Shown: positions 8,939 through 18,007, counted from the stretch's first letter. The stretch is DNA of 30,142 nucleotides from an uncultured Candidatus Saccharibacteria bacterium (GCA_964426785.1 CAYRRU010000001.1:1-30142); one strand, 5' to 3'. Translations and numbers: made by a program. The notes: generated by a model not told the origin, from the letters alone.

Positions 8939-9973
8939 ATGCCTATCACCCGAGGAACAGATAAGGTTGATGTAAACAACCGCAAGATCATTAACGGCAA
9001 AGACGCTGACGTGATGCAGTTGTATCCGATGCGACACACCTTTGCATGGGACGCATACAATGTGGGTAACGCAAACCACTGGCTTCCTACAGAAATCAGC
9101 ATGCAGAAGGACGTGGAGCAATGGAAGAGTAAGGATGTATTGTCGGACGACGAGCGTCAGGCCTTTGAAACGGTTCTTGGTTTCTTCACCACTGCAGACT
9201 CTATCGCGGCCAACAACGTGGTGCTCGCGCTCTACAAGCACATCACGAGTCCCGAGTGTCGTATGTACTTGCTTCGCCAGGGGTACGAAGAAGCGATTCA
9301 CACCCACGCATACCAATACATTGTGGAGTCACTTGGTATGGACCAGGGACGTATCTTCAACATGTACCGCGAGGTGGAGTCCATATACAATAAGGACAAT
9401 CTCGTACTCTCGCTTAACGAAGGCATCTTTGCGGATGACTTTAAGACCGGAACCTTTGAGAACGATCAAAAGTTCCTGGAGAACCTCATCGTCTTCTCAC
9501 TCATTCTTGAGGGTATCTTCTTCTACTCATCCTTTGCGGTTATGTTCGGGTTCCAGCGTCAGGGCAAACTAACGGGTGCTGCTGAGCAAATTCAGTACAT
9601 CATGCGTGACGAGTCCCAGCACTTGAACTTCGGCATCAACATGATCAATGCGATTAAGGAGGAACAGCCTGAGTTGTGGACGCCTGAATTCCAGGCCCAC
9701 ATCATTGATTTGGTGAAGCGTGCGGTGGTATTGGAGTACACCTTCGCTACGGAGGTCTTCCCACGAGGTATCTTCGGCATGAACGCTGAAGGCTTCAAGC
9801 AATACATTGAGCACATTGCTGATCGCAGACTTGCTCGTGTGGCGCTTCCAGCTCAATATAATGTTGCAAACCCTTTCCCCTGGATGAGTGAAGCTATTGA
9901 CCTTAACAAGGAGAAGAACTTCTTTGAGACGCGTGTGACGGAGTATAAGACCGGAGGAACACTCAACTGGTAG
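8939..9973 (+). CDS. nrdB: Ribonucleotide reductase beta subunit (tyrosyl-radical class Ia type)
   Basis: Ligands FFTTADS, EEAIH, ILEG, RDESQH; radical Tyr retained in HTHAY. Confidence 0.96.
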   Translation: MPITRGTDKVDVNNRKIINGKDADVMQLYPMRHTFAWDAYNVGNANHWLPTEISMQKDVEQWKSKDVLSDDERQAFETVLGFFTTADSIAANNVVLALYKHITSPECRMYLLRQGYEEAIHTHAYQYIVESLGMDQGRIFNMYREVESIYNKDNLVLSLNEGIFADDFKTGTFENDQKFLENLIVFSLILEGIFFYSSFAVMFGFQRQGKLTGAAEQIQYIMRDESQHLNFGINMINAIKEEQPELWTPEFQAHIIDLVKRAVVLEYTFATEVFPRGIFGMNAEGFKQYIEHIADRRLARVALPAQYNVANPFPWMSEAIDLNKEKNFFETRVTEYKTGGTLNW

Positions 9974-9974
9974 C

Positions 9975-10000
9975 ACAAAGGCCGCGAAAGCGGCCTTTGT
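9975..10000 (+). terminator. Intrinsic terminator after nrdB (potentially bidirectional)
   Basis: Perfect 11-bp stem ACAAAGGCCGC-GAAA-GCGGCCTTTGT. Confidence 0.85.
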
Positions 10001-10025
10001 CATTTATGTAGACGAATGCTATGTT
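9997..10025 (+). promoter_or_regulatory. Sigma70-type promoter of the 10065 orphan gene
   Basis: TTGTCA-17 nt-TATGTT with an extended TG; the -35 overlaps the nrdB terminator tail. Confidence 0.6.
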
Positions 10026-10064
10026 TGCCTCACGTCTAAGGACGAATTGAAAAGGAGAGGCGCC

Positions 10065-10487
10065 ATGTGGCGTAAAGCACTTTGGTTCGTGATGTTCGTG
10101 GTCGCGCTTGTACCGGTGCTTCTGGTGCTAGCGCTTCTGACGGATGTCGGTGGGGACTACCTGTTGGCTCTGGTTGCTGAGTACTTGCGACTCAGTATTG
10201 GGGTCTTGGTGCTCCTCATCCTCTGCAATGGGTTCATGTACGTCATTCGATATAGGAACAGACTGCAGTACGACGACGAAAGCCCTGAAATTGCATGGGT
10301 CGGTGCTGGTGCCCTGATCGGCATCATGCTCACGGTCGTCCTGGCGGTCGTTGACTACCACTTCCGACCGCACGTGTGGTTTGGATGGCCACTCGTGGTT
10401 CTTGGGGGAGCTTTGTTTTTCGGCATCCCCGCAGCGAATCTCGGAAGCCTTCTGTACCGTGCCCGAGCGGGCTTGCGTGGCTACTAA
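10065..10487 (+). CDS. Hypothetical 4-TM membrane protein
   Basis: AGGAG SD before ATG 10065; four hydrophobic segments; own promoter and terminator. Confidence 0.75.
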   Translation: MWRKALWFVMFVVALVPVLLVLALLTDVGGDYLLALVAEYLRLSIGVLVLLILCNGFMYVIRYRNRLQYDDESPEIAWVGAGALIGIMLTVVLAVVDYHFRPHVWFGWPLVVLGGALFFGIPAANLGSLLYRARAGLRGY

Positions 10488-10507
10488 GCCAACAACCCAA
10501 AGACAAC

Positions 10508-10545
10508 CCCCGCGCTGGCTACCAAGCTGGCGCGGGGATTCTTTT
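10508..10545 (+). terminator. Intrinsic terminator between convergent genes
   Basis: CCCCGCGCTGGC-TACCAA-GCTGGCGCGGGG (12 pairs incl. 2 G-U) followed by ATTCTTTT. Confidence 0.75.
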
Positions 10546-11317
10546 ATCTACGCGAATACCCACCACCAAACGCACTACGCACAAAAGCAATGAGTACGAA
10601 CAGAATACCTGCAACAAATACATAGAACCAGAACGATGAACGGAAAATCATAAGCAGAAATGCAAGAAGTGCCTGCCACATGTTTTGTATCGTTGCACCT
10701 ACATCAAATGATTTCTGTACGTTCTCCTCGGGAGTTGATATTTCAGATGTAGCCTTCGGTGTTGTTGAGCTTGCAAGCTTTTCAAGAGCGACAATGGCGC
10801 TTGCTCGTATGTTCTCACCCGCATTAATAGTTGTTGAGGCAAATGTGGAGACGGTTGGGGTGACGACATCAAGCGCACCTTTAACTGCTCCAGCAACCTC
10901 ACGAGCGCTCGTGCTTCCGCCTGACGATTCTACTGGCGGGGGAGCGGCCACGGTTATTGAAGTAGTTGCACTTTGTGTGGCCTCAAGTGTGTCACTTGAG
11001 CCAGTAACGCCATCAATGCGGGCACTAAAGACATGTGCGCCTTCGGTTGCGGTCCAGGGATGCGAGACTATCTGGGTTGTGCCGGGCGCACCAGTAAATG
11101 GTTTAGAACCAATAGACGTGTCATCCACTAGAAACACGACACTTCCCGAAAGGGAGTCAGTACTGCTGTTGTATACAACGGTGTGGATCGTAACCACCTC
11201 GCCGACGGTAGGTGTAAGTTTTGAGAGCCACAGTGACGAGGAAGGGAAGCCAGCCGGGATTGAGGCGCCAAAGGCAAGAGAAGGGAGGAGAAGGAGCAGA
11301 AACAGCGCTTGGTACAT
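10544..11317 (-). CDS. Exported, C-terminally membrane-anchored protein with an Ig-like (CARDB-like) beta domain
   Basis: Signal peptide MYQALFLLLLLPSLAFG, beta-rich domain (VTIHTVVYN..WTATEGAHVFSARID), S/T/P linker, C-terminal TM. Start 11317 has TATACT 6 nt upstream. Confidence 0.75.
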   Translation of the reverse strand: MYQALFLLLLLPSLAFGASIPAGFPSSSLWLSKLTPTVGEVVTIHTVVYNSSTDSLSGSVVFLVDDTSIGSKPFTGAPGTTQIVSHPWTATEGAHVFSARIDGVTGSSDTLEATQSATTSITVAAPPPVESSGGSTSAREVAGAVKGALDVVTPTVSTFASTTINAGENIRASAIVALEKLASSTTPKATSEISTPEENVQKSFDVGATIQNMWQALLAFLLMIFRSSFWFYVFVAGILFVLIAFVRSAFGGGYSRR

Positions 11318-11385
11318 AGAGTCAGTATAAGACACAGGGACTGGTGTTTTTCACCCAAACAATGCTATTATATTAGTCAACGATT

Positions 11386-12237
11386 ATGGCTAAAAATCAA
11401 GCCCCAAAAGTACGAGCCGGACACCTCCTTGCACGACAAATTGCCGTGGGAGTGCTGTCGTTTGCCATTCTTCTTGAGTCGCTCGCGCTTCTTGGTGGAC
11501 TTGGATTTCTTGGAGCTCCAGGAAATAACCTGGCTAGTGTTATTTCAGGAGTAGTCGCGATGCTCACCAACGAAGCTCGTACGGATGAACACCTCGCGGC
11601 ACTTACCGAGAACGAACTTCTGACTCGCGGAGCTCAAATGAAGGCAGACGATATGGCAGAGAAAGGATACTTTGCTCATGTGGGTCCTGATGGATCTCCT
11701 CCTTGGAAGTGGTTTACCGAGGCTGGGTACAAGTATCAATACGCAGGTGAGAACCTTGCGGTCAACTTCACTGAAAGCGAGAACGTGGTGACGGCGTGGA
11801 TGAATTCTCCTACACACCGTGCAAACATATTGCGTCAGGAATTCACTGAGATAGGTATTGGCATTGCGACCGGCACACATAAAGGAAAGAAGGCAGTGTA
11901 CGTCGTGCAATTCTTTGGAAAACCAGCAGCAGGAGCGCCTGTTCCAACTCCCGATACGCGTGTTGCGCTTGCAACTGCAGCAACGGTGCCTCTTACCACA
12001 CGAGACGTTTTGGGTACGACGACCGAGAATGTTGTTACGCAGTTTGTAGATGCGCCAGAGAGTGACGCAAAGAGCACGCTCTACTCTCTAGCCGGAATTC
12101 TTCTTGCCGTACTTCTTGCTGGTGTGGTATTCGGCAAACGCCTGCCCGTCCTATGGCCCTCTATTTCAGTTCTTCTGGTGTTGGTGATTTTGCTTGGGTT
12201 TGTCCTTCTGCAGAAGGAGGTGTTGCTTGTTCTGTAG
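11386..12237 (+). CDS. CAP/SCP-domain membrane protein
   Basis: YFAH, AGENLA, WMNSPTHRANIL, FTEIGIGIA; one N-terminal and two C-terminal hydrophobic helices. Confidence 0.9.
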   Translation: MAKNQAPKVRAGHLLARQIAVGVLSFAILLESLALLGGLGFLGAPGNNLASVISGVVAMLTNEARTDEHLAALTENELLTRGAQMKADDMAEKGYFAHVGPDGSPPWKWFTEAGYKYQYAGENLAVNFTESENVVTAWMNSPTHRANILRQEFTEIGIGIATGTHKGKKAVYVVQFFGKPAAGAPVPTPDTRVALATAATVPLTTRDVLGTTTENVVTQFVDAPESDAKSTLYSLAGILLAVLLAGVVFGKRLPVLWPSISVLLVLVILLGFVLLQKEVLLVL

Positions 12238-12505
12238 CGCTCTCGCCCCACTCAGGTTTTTCTCCTGTTTTTATACATATATAAAGGAGGCTACCGATAA
12301 GGAAGCCTGCCCACAGCACGTGGAAGAGTACGGGCATCACAAGGGCAAACAATGGCTCGCCTTGGTGTCCAATGAGGTAGTTTGAGAGCCTACCTACCTC
12401 AAGGGCGAGTAGTACGGCATAGACGAGGGTTATGCTCCAGCCTTGCCAGGTGACGGGGTACCAACCCCAGCCATAGCGTTTTGCCTTAAACCAGAGCTTA
12501 GTCAT
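12161..12505 (-). CDS. Small 2-TM membrane protein with WFKAKRYGWGW N-terminus
   Basis: Trp-rich N-terminus and two TM segments; extended -10 TGGTATCAT 6 nt before ATG 12505; 3' end overlaps the CAP gene. Confidence 0.75.
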   Translation of the reverse strand: MTKLWFKAKRYGWGWYPVTWQGWSITLVYAVLLALEVGRLSNYLIGHQGEPLFALVMPVLFHVLWAGFLIGSLLYICIKTGEKPEWGESATEQATPPSAEGQTQAKSPTPEELK

Positions 12506-12564
12506 TGATTCATGATACCAAAGGTATGCGCATATACCCTGCATTTGGTACACTACCAGTACCT

Positions 12565-13110
12565 ATGGCATACGATTTTCAAAAACTAAAAGCAGATATC
12601 AAAGAGACAGAGGAGTGGTTGAACCGAGAGCTCTCGGGTGTGCGCACGGGACGCGCCACCCCAACCCTACTTGATAACGTGAAGCCTGAAATTTATGGCG
12701 CTCGTTCTCCTATAACAAACGTAGCTAGCGTCACTATTGAAGACGCAAAGACACTACGCATCGTGCCGTGGGATAAGACGGTGGTGAAAGCCATTGAAAA
12801 GGCTATTACCGATGCTGATCTTGGCGTATCGGTTGCAACGGATGATATGGGACTGCGGGTTATTTTCCCTGAACTCACCCAAGAGCGTCGTCAGCAGATT
12901 GCAAAGATTGCAGGAGAGAAAGCTGAGCATGCAAAGGTGACACTGCGCGGGCACCGCAATGACGCGATCAAGGAATTGGAGAAGGAGGAGAGTATGGGTA
13001 AAGACGAGATCTTTCGTCTGAAGGAAGAATTGCAGAAACTCATTGATGCCGGTAACGCATCTCTTGAGGCAATTGCGAAGAAGAAACAGGACGAAATCAC
13101 CACAGGATGA
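12565..13110 (+). CDS. frr: Ribosome recycling factor
   Basis: RTGRATPTLLD, LRIVPWDK, PELTQERRQQ. Start MAYDF at 12565. Confidence 0.95.
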   Translation: MAYDFQKLKADIKETEEWLNRELSGVRTGRATPTLLDNVKPEIYGARSPITNVASVTIEDAKTLRIVPWDKTVVKAIEKAITDADLGVSVATDDMGLRVIFPELTQERRQQIAKIAGEKAEHAKVTLRGHRNDAIKELEKEESMGKDEIFRLKEELQKLIDAGNASLEAIAKKKQDEITTG

Positions 13111-14207
13111 GCATACTTCTCTTCATTGCGGTTCTGGTCATACTCATCGTCGTGCATGAGTTTGGGCACTTTGTGGTGGCCAAGATGTCGGGAATGCGAG
13201 TGGATGAGTTTGGTATTGGCTACCCACCACGCGCCATAGCGTGGAAGCGGGGAGAGACCGAGTATTCTCTGAACTGGCTTCCGTTTGGTGGGTTTGTGCG
13301 TATTTATGGGGAGGATGACGTGGCGATTGCAGAGGACCCAAAGGACGCTGACCGTGCGTTCTTTCGTAAGCCACGCATACAGCAGGCACTCGTGCTTGTT
13401 GCGGGTATTTTAATGAACCTATTCTTCGCGTGGCTTCTCCTTACCATCACGCTTGGTATTGGAGCTCCTCGTGCACTGACTCAAGAAGAATCAGGAACGG
13501 TAGCTGATGCGTACGTGCTTGTTTCAAGTATTCTGCCTGGCTCGCCGGCGGAAGAAGCTGGATTTAAGCCAGGGGATCGTATTGTCTCTGCTTCAACTGA
13601 AGAGGCAACATTCTCTGATCGCTCGGCCGAAGCATTCACCACATTCATAACAGGAGAGGAAGGACCCGTCACGTTTGTGCTTGAACAACAAGGCGTAGAG
13701 CGCACCATAACCGCAACACCACGAGCAGGTCTGGTGCCGGGCGATCCTGAGCGCGTGGTGCTTGGTGTGGGCGTGGCCACCGTTGGGACGGTGCTTACGC
13801 CCTGGTATCTGGCTCCTATTGAAGCATTTGATCTAACGGTGCACTTGGTTAAAGAGACCGCGGTCGGTCTCGTAAACTTCTTCGGCAGTATCTTTATGTT
13901 TAAAGCGGACCTCTCGCAAGTGTCGGGTCCTGTCGGTATTGCAGGAGCAGTAGGGCAGGCGGCAGGAAGCGGCATTGCCGAACTCTTTACCCTCACCGCG
14001 CTCATCTCCATTAACCTGGCACTCATCAATGTTCTTCCAATACCTGCACTTGATGGAGGAAGGCTTCTCTTCGTACTTATTGAGTCAGTAATTCGCAGGC
14101 CACTTCCGCGTGCGTTTCAGGGGGCTGTGAACACGCTTGGATTCGCGTTCCTTATTCTCATCATGCTTGCGGTTACGGCAAGCGACATCTTCAAAATAAC
14201 GATGTAA
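13107..14207 (+). CDS. rseP: Site-2 (M50) intramembrane zinc metalloprotease with one PDZ domain
   Basis: HEFGH, LPFGGFV, GPVGI, NVLPIPALDGG. Confidence 0.93.
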   Translation: MSILLFIAVLVILIVVHEFGHFVVAKMSGMRVDEFGIGYPPRAIAWKRGETEYSLNWLPFGGFVRIYGEDDVAIAEDPKDADRAFFRKPRIQQALVLVAGILMNLFFAWLLLTITLGIGAPRALTQEESGTVADAYVLVSSILPGSPAEEAGFKPGDRIVSASTEEATFSDRSAEAFTTFITGEEGPVTFVLEQQGVERTITATPRAGLVPGDPERVVLGVGVATVGTVLTPWYLAPIEAFDLTVHLVKETAVGLVNFFGSIFMFKADLSQVSGPVGIAGAVGQAAGSGIAELFTLTALISINLALINVLPIPALDGGRLLFVLIESVIRRPLPRAFQGAVNTLGFAFLILIMLAVTASDIFKITM

Positions 14208-14213
14208 AGAAGA

Positions 14214-14241
14214 CTGCCGCGCCCAAAAAGGGGCGCGGCAG
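14214..14241 (-). terminator. Intrinsic terminator of the gmk-like gene
   Basis: 11-bp stem CTGCCGCGCCC/GGGCGCGGCAG; TCTTCTTT tail on the minus strand only. Confidence 0.75.
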
Positions 14242-14256
14242 AAGGGGAAATGTCCC

Positions 14257-14844
14257 CTAAGTCAGGTGTTGTTTGATCTCGTTGATCACCCGAGGAAGCT
14301 CAGACGAGTCCCGTCCCGCGTCAACGAAGCGGAATGGTGTCTTTGCACGCTTGGCCATCACTGCCCAGTCGTGTTCAAGGGCTGCTCGCTCCTTGATGCT
14401 CGCTTCAGTTTCGCCGCGCTCCAGCAGTCGCGCGTGCAGGACCTCTTCGCCCGGTGTGTTCAGAAAGATCGAAGTGATGCGAGTGTCAGGATACTGGTCT
14501 GCGACAAAGCGACGCAGACGCGCGACCGTGTCGGGCACCAGGATCATGATCCCGACGTCAGAGGCGGTCAGACAGATGTCGCGCACGCTACTACGAAGCG
14601 TGCCGTAGGAAGTGTTTCCGCGCTCAACGAGCCAAAGGAACAGCTCAGCCCGCCGACAGTAGTCAAACCAGTCTTGCTCTGCGTAGGTGTACTCGCCCAA
14701 CAGATCGCTCGGACGTTCTTCACGAGTCGTTTGACTCGGTACCATCTGAGCATTCCGATGCGAATCAATGAGTCGCTTTGCGACCGTTGTTTTCCCAACT
14801 CCGGAATGCCCCGATAGGGTAATTATGCGAGGCGCTTGCGCCAT
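14257..14844 (-). CDS. Divergent guanylate kinase-like P-loop NMP kinase
   Basis: GHSGVGKT, SQTTREERP, SYGT, RLLERGETEASIKER. AGGAG SD before ATG 14844. Confidence 0.8.
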   Translation of the reverse strand: MAQAPRIITLSGHSGVGKTTVAKRLIDSHRNAQMVPSQTTREERPSDLLGEYTYAEQDWFDYCRRAELFLWLVERGNTSYGTLRSSVRDICLTASDVGIMILVPDTVARLRRFVADQYPDTRITSIFLNTPGEEVLHARLLERGETEASIKERAALEHDWAVMAKRAKTPFRFVDAGRDSSELPRVINEIKQHLT

Positions 14845-14956
14845 GGCGGTATCTCCTAACCGTTGCCTACAGCCATCTAAATACAAAACACGGGAAAGTC
14901 AATTGATGAGCGTACCTTTTGCCCTTGTGGATGCGACACCTTATACTAGGAGGACT

Positions 14957-16198
14957 ATGCGCCAATCAGCACTTTTTACTAAAACCAGACGGGATGCGCC
15001 GTCTGATGAGACCGCGAAGAACGCTCAGCTACTTATACGAGGAGGGTTTGTACATAAAGAAATGGCGGGAGTGTATTCATACCTACCATTTGGTGTCCGT
15101 GTGCTTCAGAACATTGAACACATTGTGCGTGTGTTCATGGGTACCATCAGTGCGCAGGAAATTCGTATGGCCACCCTGCATCCTGCAGAACCTTGGAAGC
15201 AAACTGGTGGGTGGGACAACATTGATGTGTTGTTTAAAATAAACTCACGCACTGAAAAGGAATACGCACTTGGTCAGAGTGAGGAAGAGATTGTTACACC
15301 GATTGCAAAAGACAACGTCGTTTCATACAAAGATCTTCCCGTTGCGGTGTATCAGATAGGACAGAAGTATCGTGACGAGCTTCGTGCAAAGTCAGGTGTC
15401 ATGCGCGGACGAGAATTCGGTATGAAGGACATGTACAGCTTCCATGAGACTCAGGAAGACTTTGATCGCTTCTATGCGATTGTAAAAGAGGCGTATCTGA
15501 AGATCTATCAGATTTGCGGACTCACCGCCAAAGTAACAGAGGCGTCAGGCGGAAGTTTCTCTGAAAAACTCTCCTACGAGTTCATGGTTTTGACCGATGC
15601 TGGTGAGGACGACATTGTGTATTGTCCTGAGTGTACGCACTGCGCAAATGTTGAAGTGTCAAAGGAGAAGGAAAGGGAGACGTGTCCTTCGTGCGCCAAG
15701 GGGGCGCTTGTCGCGGCTAAGGCGTCTGAGGTAGGAAACGTGTTTGATCTTGGCACTAAGTATGCAAAAGACTTCGGCTTTACGTTTAAGGACAAAGAGG
15801 GAAATGATCAGTATCCCATCATGGGTTGCTACGGACTTGGTACCACGCGCCTTATGGGCGTGATTGTGGAGGCCCTTGCTGATGAAAAGGGTATGGTCTG
15901 GCCTGAAGCCGTGGCGCCGTACCCCTTCCATTTGGTCTCTCTTGGCGGGGATAACAAAGAGGTGAAGGAATACGCTGAACAGCTCTACAAAGACCTCTCA
16001 GAGGCTGGTGTGCCGGTTCTCTATGACGATCGTGACCTCCATGCCGGAGAGAAACTTGCCGACTCAGACCTCATTGGTATTCCATACCGCATCATTGTGG
16101 GAAAGAAGACACTGGAAAGCGGACAGATTGAAATCGTGCACCGCAAGACAGGTGAAGTGAAGTTGCTGACACGCGAAGAGTTTATGAAGAAACCGTAA
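14957..16198 (+). CDS. proS: Prolyl-tRNA synthetase, short form lacking the INS editing domain
   Basis: QLLIRGGFV, YQIGQKYRDELRAKSGVMRGREFGMKDMYSF, EVGNVFDLGTKY, MGCYGLGTTR, anticodon domain DLIGIPYRIIVG. Start 14957. Confidence 0.95.
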   Translation: MRQSALFTKTRRDAPSDETAKNAQLLIRGGFVHKEMAGVYSYLPFGVRVLQNIEHIVRVFMGTISAQEIRMATLHPAEPWKQTGGWDNIDVLFKINSRTEKEYALGQSEEEIVTPIAKDNVVSYKDLPVAVYQIGQKYRDELRAKSGVMRGREFGMKDMYSFHETQEDFDRFYAIVKEAYLKIYQICGLTAKVTEASGGSFSEKLSYEFMVLTDAGEDDIVYCPECTHCANVEVSKEKERETCPSCAKGALVAAKASEVGNVFDLGTKYAKDFGFTFKDKEGNDQYPIMGCYGLGTTRLMGVIVEALADEKGMVWPEAVAPYPFHLVSLGGDNKEVKEYAEQLYKDLSEAGVPVLYDDRDLHAGEKLADSDLIGIPYRIIVGKKTLESGQIEIVHRKTGEVKLLTREEFMKKP

Positions 16199-16200
16199 GT

Positions 16201-17256
16201 ATGGCAAAGCGCATCGGCAAGCACTCCATATTTAGTAACGATATCGGCATTGATCTCGGAACGGCTAACACACTCGTCTATGTGCGCGGGAGAGGCATTG
16301 TGATGAACGAGCCATCGGTTGTTGCGGTGAATGATAAGACGGGACAGGTGGTTGCGGTTGGTATGGAAGCAAAGAAGATGCTTGGCAAAACCCCACCTCA
16401 CATTCGTGCCGTACGCCCTCTCTCACACGGCGTTATTTCTGACTTTGAAGTAACGCAAGAGTTGCTTGCGTATTTGATTACCAAAGCAAACGGCGGACGT
16501 GCACGACTACTTGGACCACGTGTGGTGGTTGGCGTGCCGACCGGTGTCACTAACGTTGAGAGTCGCGCCGTGCGAGACGCTGCTATGACTGCAGGAGCAC
16601 GCGAAGTCTACATTATTGAGGAACCAACAGCAGGAGCTATCGGTGCAAAGCTTCCGATTACCGAACCTCGCGGAACCATGGTGCTTGATATTGGGGGAGG
16701 TACCACTGATATTGCGGTACTCGCACTTGGTGGCACCGTTGCAAGTAAGAGCTCGCAAGTTGCGGGAGATCGCTTTAATGAAAACATTATTGACTACGTG
16801 CGTAGTGAATTTCAGCTGGCGATAGGGGAGCGCACGGCAGAAGATGTGAAGATTGATATTGGTGCGGTGATAGCACTTCCAGACGCTATGGAGAAAGCAA
16901 TTCGTGGACGCGATTTGGCGACGGGGCTCCCACGAGAAATTATCCTGACCGATACGCACGTCCGCGAGGCGCTCACGCCGTCTCTTGATTCCCTTATGGA
17001 GGCGATGAAGGAAGTCATTGAGAAAACCCCACCAGAGCTCCTTTCTGACGTGCTTGAGCACGGAGTAACCGTGTTTGGTGGAGGCGCACAACTGCGCGGA
17101 CTCCCTGAGCTTCTCTCCAAGATGCTTGGGGTGCCGGTGCATGTGGCGAGTGAGCCGTTGACGGCGGTGGTGCGCGGGACCGGCATTGTGGTTGAAGACC
17201 CGCGGGCGTGGAGTGAGATTTTCATGCATGAAGAGGCAATTCTTGCGAAACAGTAA
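16201..17256 (+). CDS. mreB: Rod shape-determining actin MreB
   Basis: IGIDLGTANT, EPSVVA, DIGGGTTD, AGDRFNENI, GGGAQLRG. Confidence 0.95.
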   Translation: MAKRIGKHSIFSNDIGIDLGTANTLVYVRGRGIVMNEPSVVAVNDKTGQVVAVGMEAKKMLGKTPPHIRAVRPLSHGVISDFEVTQELLAYLITKANGGRARLLGPRVVVGVPTGVTNVESRAVRDAAMTAGAREVYIIEEPTAGAIGAKLPITEPRGTMVLDIGGGTTDIAVLALGGTVASKSSQVAGDRFNENIIDYVRSEFQLAIGERTAEDVKIDIGAVIALPDAMEKAIRGRDLATGLPREIILTDTHVREALTPSLDSLMEAMKEVIEKTPPELLSDVLEHGVTVFGGGAQLRGLPELLSKMLGVPVHVASEPLTAVVRGTGIVVEDPRAWSEIFMHEEAILAKQ

Positions 17257-18007
17257 TAGGGCGTTACTTTCAGGAGGTCGCATTGCTGCGGCCGCTACCA
17301 TCATAGGTCTGGTGGTGTTGTTCTTGCTCCGTTCTCTATTCCCGGACACGTTCTTTGCGCTCTCGCGTCCACTGTGGAGTTTGGGGGAGTCACTCACTGC
17401 GTCGGTCGGAACACTCACCGCTCCGTATGAAAGCGCGGACGAGTTACGAAAAGAGCGAGACGCACTTAAAGCCGAGCTTGAAGCGGAGCGTAATAAGAGT
17501 GTGGTGCTTAGCGAGCAAGTAGCTGATCTTTCAGGACTCGCTCACACGGGTGAGCGGATAGTGGCGGGTGTATTGGTGCGTCCTCCTGTGTCACCCTACG
17601 ACACGCTCGTTGTTGCGACAGGTTCTAAGAGTAATGTACGAGTAGGTGCACGCGCGTACGGGCCCGGAGGAGTGCCTATCGGTGTGGTTGAGTTAGTAAG
17701 CCAAGAGAACGCACACATTGCGCTCTATTCAAGTGCAGGGACCGAGACGCAAGGGTGGATTGGTGAGACGCGCATTCCTGTCACCCTTATAGGACTTGGT
17801 GGGGGGATGTTTCGTATCAGTGTTTCCAAAGACGCACCCATTACGATTGGCGAGCAGGTACTTATTCCGGGACCCGGCGCGCTTCCGATTGGTACAGTAG
17901 CGCGGGTTGATGCCGATCCGTCTTCGCCAACAGCACTCGTCTATGTGCGACCACTCGCCAGTCCCTTCACCATTACGTGGGTTGCAATTGATCAAACCTC
18001 TCCATGA
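17228..18007 (+). CDS. mreC: Rod shape-determining protein MreC
   Basis: N-terminal TM, coiled coil (LRKERDALKAEL), beta-barrel region (YDTLVVATG..IGVV); located after mreB. Confidence 0.85.
   Translation: MKRQFLRNSNRALLSGGRIAAAATIIGLVVLFLLRSLFPDTFFALSRPLWSLGESLTASVGTLTAPYESADELRKERDALKAELEAERNKSVVLSEQVADLSGLAHTGERIVAGVLVRPPVSPYDTLVVATGSKSNVRVGARAYGPGGVPIGVVELVSQENAHIALYSSAGTETQGWIGETRIPVTLIGLGGGMFRISVSKDAPITIGEQVLIPGPGALPIGTVARVDADPSSPTALVYVRPLASPFTITWVAIDQTSP

Noticed and set aside
8939-9973. Class Ic (Mn/Fe, Tyr-less) RNR as in Chlamydia
   Set aside because: The first ligand is Asp (TADS) and the radical Tyr (HTHAY) is present.
10680-11330. 216-aa plus-strand ORF; likewise 13481-14029, 14266-14817, 1511-1852, 9042-9572 and other short track ORFs
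   Set aside because: Shadows or alternative frames of well-supported genes.
14768-14956. N-terminal extensions given by the ORF track (proS; also frr 12505, NUDIX 5377, GtrA 1906, mreC 17186, nrdA 6104)
   Set aside because: They overlap divergent genes or promoter DNA and precede the recognisable N-termini. For most, the downstream ATG also has an adjacent -10 box.
16507-17418. 303-aa minus-strand ORF, the longest unexplained track entry
   Set aside because: Antisense shadow of mreB/mreC with no start signals or motifs.
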